Origin: Octopus sinensis
Lineage: Eukaryota
Assembly: GCF_006345805.1 (NCBI RefSeq)
Contig: NC_043005.1
Location: forward strand, 22,444,001 to 22,508,000
Reading direction: 5' to 3'
Length of the DNA: 64,000 nt
Shown here: positions 50,072-64,000 of the stretch, piece after piece
Numbering within the stretch: the stretch's first letter is position 1
Layout of the letters: each line of letters begins with the position of its first letter
Notes under the pieces: generated by a model
The model's input: only the letters and a program-made list of their open reading frames with translations
What the model was told of the DNA's origin: nothing
Databases searched by the model: none
Position numbers and translations under genes: made by a program

Positions 50072-50295
50072 AAGAGAGAGAGAGAAAGAGAGAGAGAGAA
50101 ACAGAGAGAGAAAGAGTGAAAGAAAGAGAAAGAGGGGAGGGAGAAAAAGAGAGCGAACTGTATATATATATTTATTACGGCATATGTCTAGAGATAATAT
50201 CTCTTATGGACGTGCTGTGTTTAAATGTTCAAAAGCACAATATATATAAGAGGGAAATGAAAATCGCTCCACCGGCGGCTAGCGAGAACATAGAA
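49875..50295 (-). repeat. Right arm of long inverted repeat
   Basis: Matches the reverse complement of 46302-46674. Confidence 0.9.
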
Positions 50296-50693
50296 AACCA
50301 CGTGTTTAGACGAGATTTGTCACCTCCAATATAAAGGAAACAGTAAATAAACCTCCGCTGCTATTGCGGATAGCCGCCCGGCTGAATAAAAATCCATTAT
50401 AAGCAACAGAAGCAATATTAAATAAAAATAACCTTCAATGGCAATAAATCTTGTCAAAACATATGACTGGTTGTGCGTACTCACTATTGATAAAACCTTA
50501 TGAGGTTAAAATGCATCTAGAGTTCCTGCTAACCGCTGCTGAGATGTCCCTCCGATATATAGCATTTTTAAAAGCAGCACATCTGTTATGTGTTGAGGAA
50601 TACCGCAATGATTTTACCTTTCAATGATGTATTTGCATTAAATATTAAACATAGATGAGTATTTTAATTTCATATTGCTTCTGTTGTCTATTG

Positions 50694-50734
<41 letters not shown>

Positions 50735-50737
<3 letters not shown>

Positions 50738-51609
50738 AAAGTAACCGGAAACATTCTCTGTGGAAAAGCTCATTGTAGTTCGAACTTTGCGCCGCTAGAA
50801 GTCACTTGATGCAACCCTCAGATATCAGTATGTCGACCGGCGTGGTCGAGTTAAGTCGTACTGCCACGGGGTGCATCTTTGTTTTGCAGTGCTTCTCCCG
50901 TGTTCGTCGATTTTTGTAATGGTCGAAACAAAGAAACAACGTGCTTCTGTGAACTTCTGTTTGCTGCTGGGGAAAACCGCGGCCGAAACAGTTATCATGC
51001 TTCAAACAGCTTATAAGGATGCTACCATGAGCAAAGTACAAGTTTACGAGTGGTTTTCACCCTTTGGAATGGTCACTTGTCGCTTGAAGACCAACCTCGT
51101 TTATGGTGTCCGTCGGTTTCCCGAACGAATGAAAACACCATGAAAATTCATGAACTGGCCTTGGAGGACTATCACTCAACAACTGACGAACTCTTTGATA
51201 TGACTGGTGCGCCTGGAGCTCCTGCCAACGAATTTTGAGCGAGGAATTGCGAGTGAAAAGAATTGCAGCAACATTTGTAGCTCGCTTGCTCACAGAAGAT
51301 CAAAAGCAATCACGACTAGATGCGTATCGTGAGCAGAAAGAACAGCTGGAAATTGATCCGGACCTTTTTTTCGAAAGTGACGAAAGCTGGCGCTACGGAA
51401 TTTGCAAATATGGAAGGGGTGAAGAAATAAACGGTGGAGGCATTAACAGGCATCACTTTGCAAGAGTTCCAGCAGAGCTTCGAACAGTGGAAAACGCGTC
51501 TGGACCGATGCATTGCTTCAAACGGAGAATACTTTCAAGGCAACAGTGTAAACAGGTAAAACTAAGTGAATATTGCAAGATTCCGGTTTCCTTTGGGTAT
51601 TCACTCGTA
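50735..51609 (+). mobile_element. Internally deleted mariner element
   Basis: MVETKKQRASVNFCLLLGKTAAET..VYEWF..EDQPR..KRIAATFVARLLTEDQK..DESW joined to the C-terminal QQSFEQWKTRLDRCIASNGEYFQG. Right TIR ends CTCG|TA; left TIR is truncated in a (TA)n tract. Confidence 0.85.
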
Positions 51610-51759
51610 TATATATACAGGATATTCGGACTAAATTTCACGATTTTTTTATGTCTCCCTTGTTTAGGAACAGCTTCAATAGCGTTGGATAACATAATAA
51701 TTAATTAAAGTTGTAGTTGAGAAAAAGTTAACTGAAATGTGGACTGAAAAAGCCATTTG

Positions 51760-52480
51760 AATATTGAAAAAGAGTTACTTGTATCATGATGATTCGAGCA
51801 GGGTATGAAAATACTGACATCATAACTATTGCTCAATGTCGAAGGCAGCTGCAAAATCGACATTCGAGCGTGGGCCGCCATGGTTCGTGATGCCGTCAGG
51901 ACCAGAGAAGAAGTCGGCTCAGCCCCTCCATAGGTGAACGTCGTCACAAGTACAAGTAAGTATTGTTCAATGCTCTATGAACACTGTAAAGGATGTAAGA
52001 CATGACATGGACCGAGTTTCCCCAAAACAGTGATAGTTATGGCTGTGTCTCACAAGAGGGTGACATGCTACTCCACGTCATTGAACAGGGTCTTAGACTC
52101 AATTCAGATAGCTTTGTGAAGCTACTGAATACTCTGATGAAACTCCGGCCGGAGAGATTTGCTGCTGGAAGGCCATGTGTGGCAGTAAGATTCGGTTCCT
52201 TACCGTATCTCCAGAAAGAGTAAGAAATCGTTAACGGAGAATTTCTATTGCTTCACCAGGCCCCAATTTCTGGCCTCCTAATCCCCCCATTGTAATCCCA
52301 TGGATTACTATGTGTAGGGAGCGGTTGAGAAAGACACCGCTCTGTCTGCAAGCGCAAGGCCGAGCTAGTGGCCAAGATCGAGGAAGTATTCGAAGACCTT
52401 CCCAGGAACACGGTGAGGAACGCATGCACCAGAGGCCGTGGTGGTAGCTGCAGGAGGATAATTTGAGTAAACTGTTATCT
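51760..52480 (+). mobile_element. Tc1/mariner (maT-like) transposase relic
   Basis: FWPPN.P.CNPMDYYV.GAVEKDT motif and an upstream GCVSQEGD-like segment, frameshifted. Confidence 0.65.
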
Positions 52481-52585
52481 TTCAATCATAATCTAATGGA
52501 TATTTTTTATTTTTTAAGTTTTATTTTTGAATGGGATAGTTTTTCTTTACCTTTTACGCAAACTGTAAAATTGAGCCCAAACACA

Positions 52586-52661
<76 letters not shown>

Positions 52662-53266
52662 CCGCGCCGCGAGAGGCCAAACGGAACACGAATCCAAGGC
52701 TTCAATATCAAGTTTGAACCAGAACTTCAAGGAATGGACGAACTAATTATTAATTAAACACCTATTTCTACGAAAAATTGCTCTGAATTGTGTCTTCTAG
52801 ACTCAAAAGTAGCATAGATTCGTATTGTGAATGTTATTTATTCCTTCTTGCTATTTTAACAACGTATGGAGATCGACGTCCGAATTTTACCTAGCGGATA
52901 TTCTTGTACATGTAAATTTGGAGTTGATTATCACCTCAGTTTCAAAGATATGGCATCACAAATATGAATAATTATTTATTTAGGCCAATTAAGTAAGATT
53001 TCAACTTATTCGTTGACCATTCAAATTGTCATATTTTCTAAAATATTCATTCAAATTTCACAATCAAGGTATCAAAATATTTCTCTTTGTGTGCTCTTCA
53101 AGAAAAAGTTCAGTATAAATCACATTTAAATATTTTCAAAAATTCATAATGATATACCTATGTATTCCTGTATATATCATCTGACCCAAAAAATCTTCGA
53201 GATAACACGTGCAACGACAGTAAAAACAATAACAACAACAACAAAAGACTTGCTGGAGTTTCTACT

Positions 53267-53272
53267 TTTATT
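53267..53272 (-). terminator. Candidate polyadenylation signal of CTSL copy B
   Basis: AATAAA on the minus strand about 32 nt after the stop codon. Confidence 0.5.
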
Positions 53273-53303
53273 CATTCTCATATAATCATGCTCACCATTA
53301 TCT

Positions 53304-62247
<8,944 letters not shown>

Positions 62248-62323
62248 CTGGCAACAGAAAACATCATCGATACATGGATAGTAGGTACTGACGTACAAAT
62301 GCAACGGTGGATATAATGTGTAG

Positions 62324-62403
<80 letters not shown>

Positions 62404-62427
62404 TTATATATATATATATAAATACAC

Positions 62428-62477
<50 letters not shown>

Positions 62478-63289
62478 AGGGTCACCGGTGATCGATAGCC
62501 AAAAGGATACAACCCCCCTTTGTTGACATGGGTGATCGATAGCCAAGGGGTGACAATCCTTTTTGTTGACATTGAGTAATGGGGTCCTTTCCTCCTCCAT
62601 ATTCTAGAGAGGCCACTCGCTAGAGAGGCCTTTAGCCAACAGGTTTGGGATCTGATGATATCCCTTTATGGACGTGTAACCTAAAGTAATCCCATAAACC
62701 GACCTTATCTAACTTTAATATATATAGCCGTGTGTGACTGTGTGTATACATATAAACACAATAATATAAATGTGTGTGCATCTATGTATCAATGGTACAA
62801 GATTTTATTACTTGAAAGACGGCAGACAATATAAAGATTTTTATACAAAGTTACCAACTGGCATGTGTACCGACGTGCCAAATTTATTTCACTTAATACT
62901 GTTCAGTTGGTGATAGAATAAACAAAAAGCTACTTATTAAAGTTTGTATTGCAACAGTTATGCTCTATAGTAGTGATGCCTTGTTTCTGACAGAAACATT
63001 AGCAGAAGTAATGCACGCTCGACATTGCTTTACTTTATGATTTACTCTTGGAAGCTTATTTCCCAGAAAAAACCCTAATGAACGGTTAATTAAACTCTTT
63101 CTTACCTGATAGTATTTTGTGTTCAGTAATATTAATTCTGATTTGACATGATCATGTTTTGGGAAGATCAACTATACTATTGACCACTTATTTTAATTAC
63201 AAAAATAGGGCTACGGTGCCTTATCTTGTTGGTGTGCAAAAAAGCATATGTTTCACAAATAAATGAAGATCTAACCAATGCAGTATTAG

Positions 63290-64000
63290 ATTTAGTGACA
63301 CTGTTATCTGGTCACAGATTGGGAACAAATAACATCTAAGAAAATATGACAAAAGAATCAAATTTATTCACAGAACAAGGTATTCAAGATGGATGCAAAG
63401 AAATTTTATAGGGAAATTGGCAAAAGTAAGATAGAAGTAAAGGAGCCACCTAAGATTGAGGAAATGAAAGAGTTCTGGAAGAAGATATGCAGTAACAAAA
63501 CAGAATATAATGTTAAAGCTGACTGGATAGAGCGTGAGAAAGTGAAACTGGATGAAGTTGAAGCGCAGAAATGGGAGGCAATAGAACTGGAAGAGCTAAG
63601 CTGTCTTCTTGGGAATTCTCACAAATGCAAAACCTCGGGACTGGATCGAATTCCTAACTTCTGACAGAAATACACTAAAATTTCGTTGCATCTCTGATGT
63701 CATCTAGAACCCAGAGCAAATACCAGCCTGGCTAACCAAAGGAACAACATACCTCCAACCAAAAACTGAAGACAAAAAATTCAAAGAACTACCGACCAAT
63801 AACATGTCTCAACACCATCTACAAGATCCTCACATCCATATTAACTGACAAAATATACGCATTCCTTGAACAGAGGTCTATCCTTCCACAAGCTCAAAAT
63901 GACTGTAAAAGGAATTTTTATGGGTGCAAAGATCAATTACTCATAAATAAAAAATGATTGAAGAGAATTTCCGGAACAAAAAGAACCTGAGTATGACATG
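63290..64000 (+). mobile_element. Dong/R4-like LINE reverse transcriptase N-terminal region (degenerate, runs off window), antisense within presumed CTSL-B intron 2
   Basis: DAKKFYREI..EFWKKI..SGLDRIPNF*..KNYRPITCLNTIYKILTSIL..LPQAQ..GCKDQLLINK. Confidence 0.85.

Overview
AT-rich, microsatellite- and transposon-dense animal genomic DNA. The SINE families and repeat landscape point to a coleoid cephalopod, most likely Octopus (inference). The only host genes I can support are two tandem cathepsin L (papain family C1A) genes on the minus strand. Copy A is complete: 7 coding exons at 25165-35062, 1005 nt, 334 aa, all GT-AG junctions in phase, catalytic Gln/Cys/His/Asn intact. It has a candidate TATA/Inr promoter with an E-box and a GATA cluster near 36.5-36.7 kb. 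Copy B is partial: exons 3-7 at 53304-62247, with exons 1-2 beyond the window end, and exon lengths identical to A. The mature domains are 197/216 aa identical, while the visible propeptide segment is only 13/33 identical and of opposite net charge. The rest is mostly decayed mobile DNA: Helitrons, mariner/maT, hAT- and Chapaev-like transposases, RTE, Dong/R4, HERO, CR1-like and Penelope retroelements, and several tRNA-SINE families. Structurally unusual items are a head-to-tail SINE array with a fold-back copy in an intron, a ~2 kb degenerate 34-bp minisatellite, and a ~4 kb segment bounded by ~400-bp inverted repeats with a nested Helitron. I see no clear evidence of a wholly new multi-gene system; the best leads are paralog subfunctionalisation and these non-coding structures. 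TE family names come from recalled motifs, not database searches.
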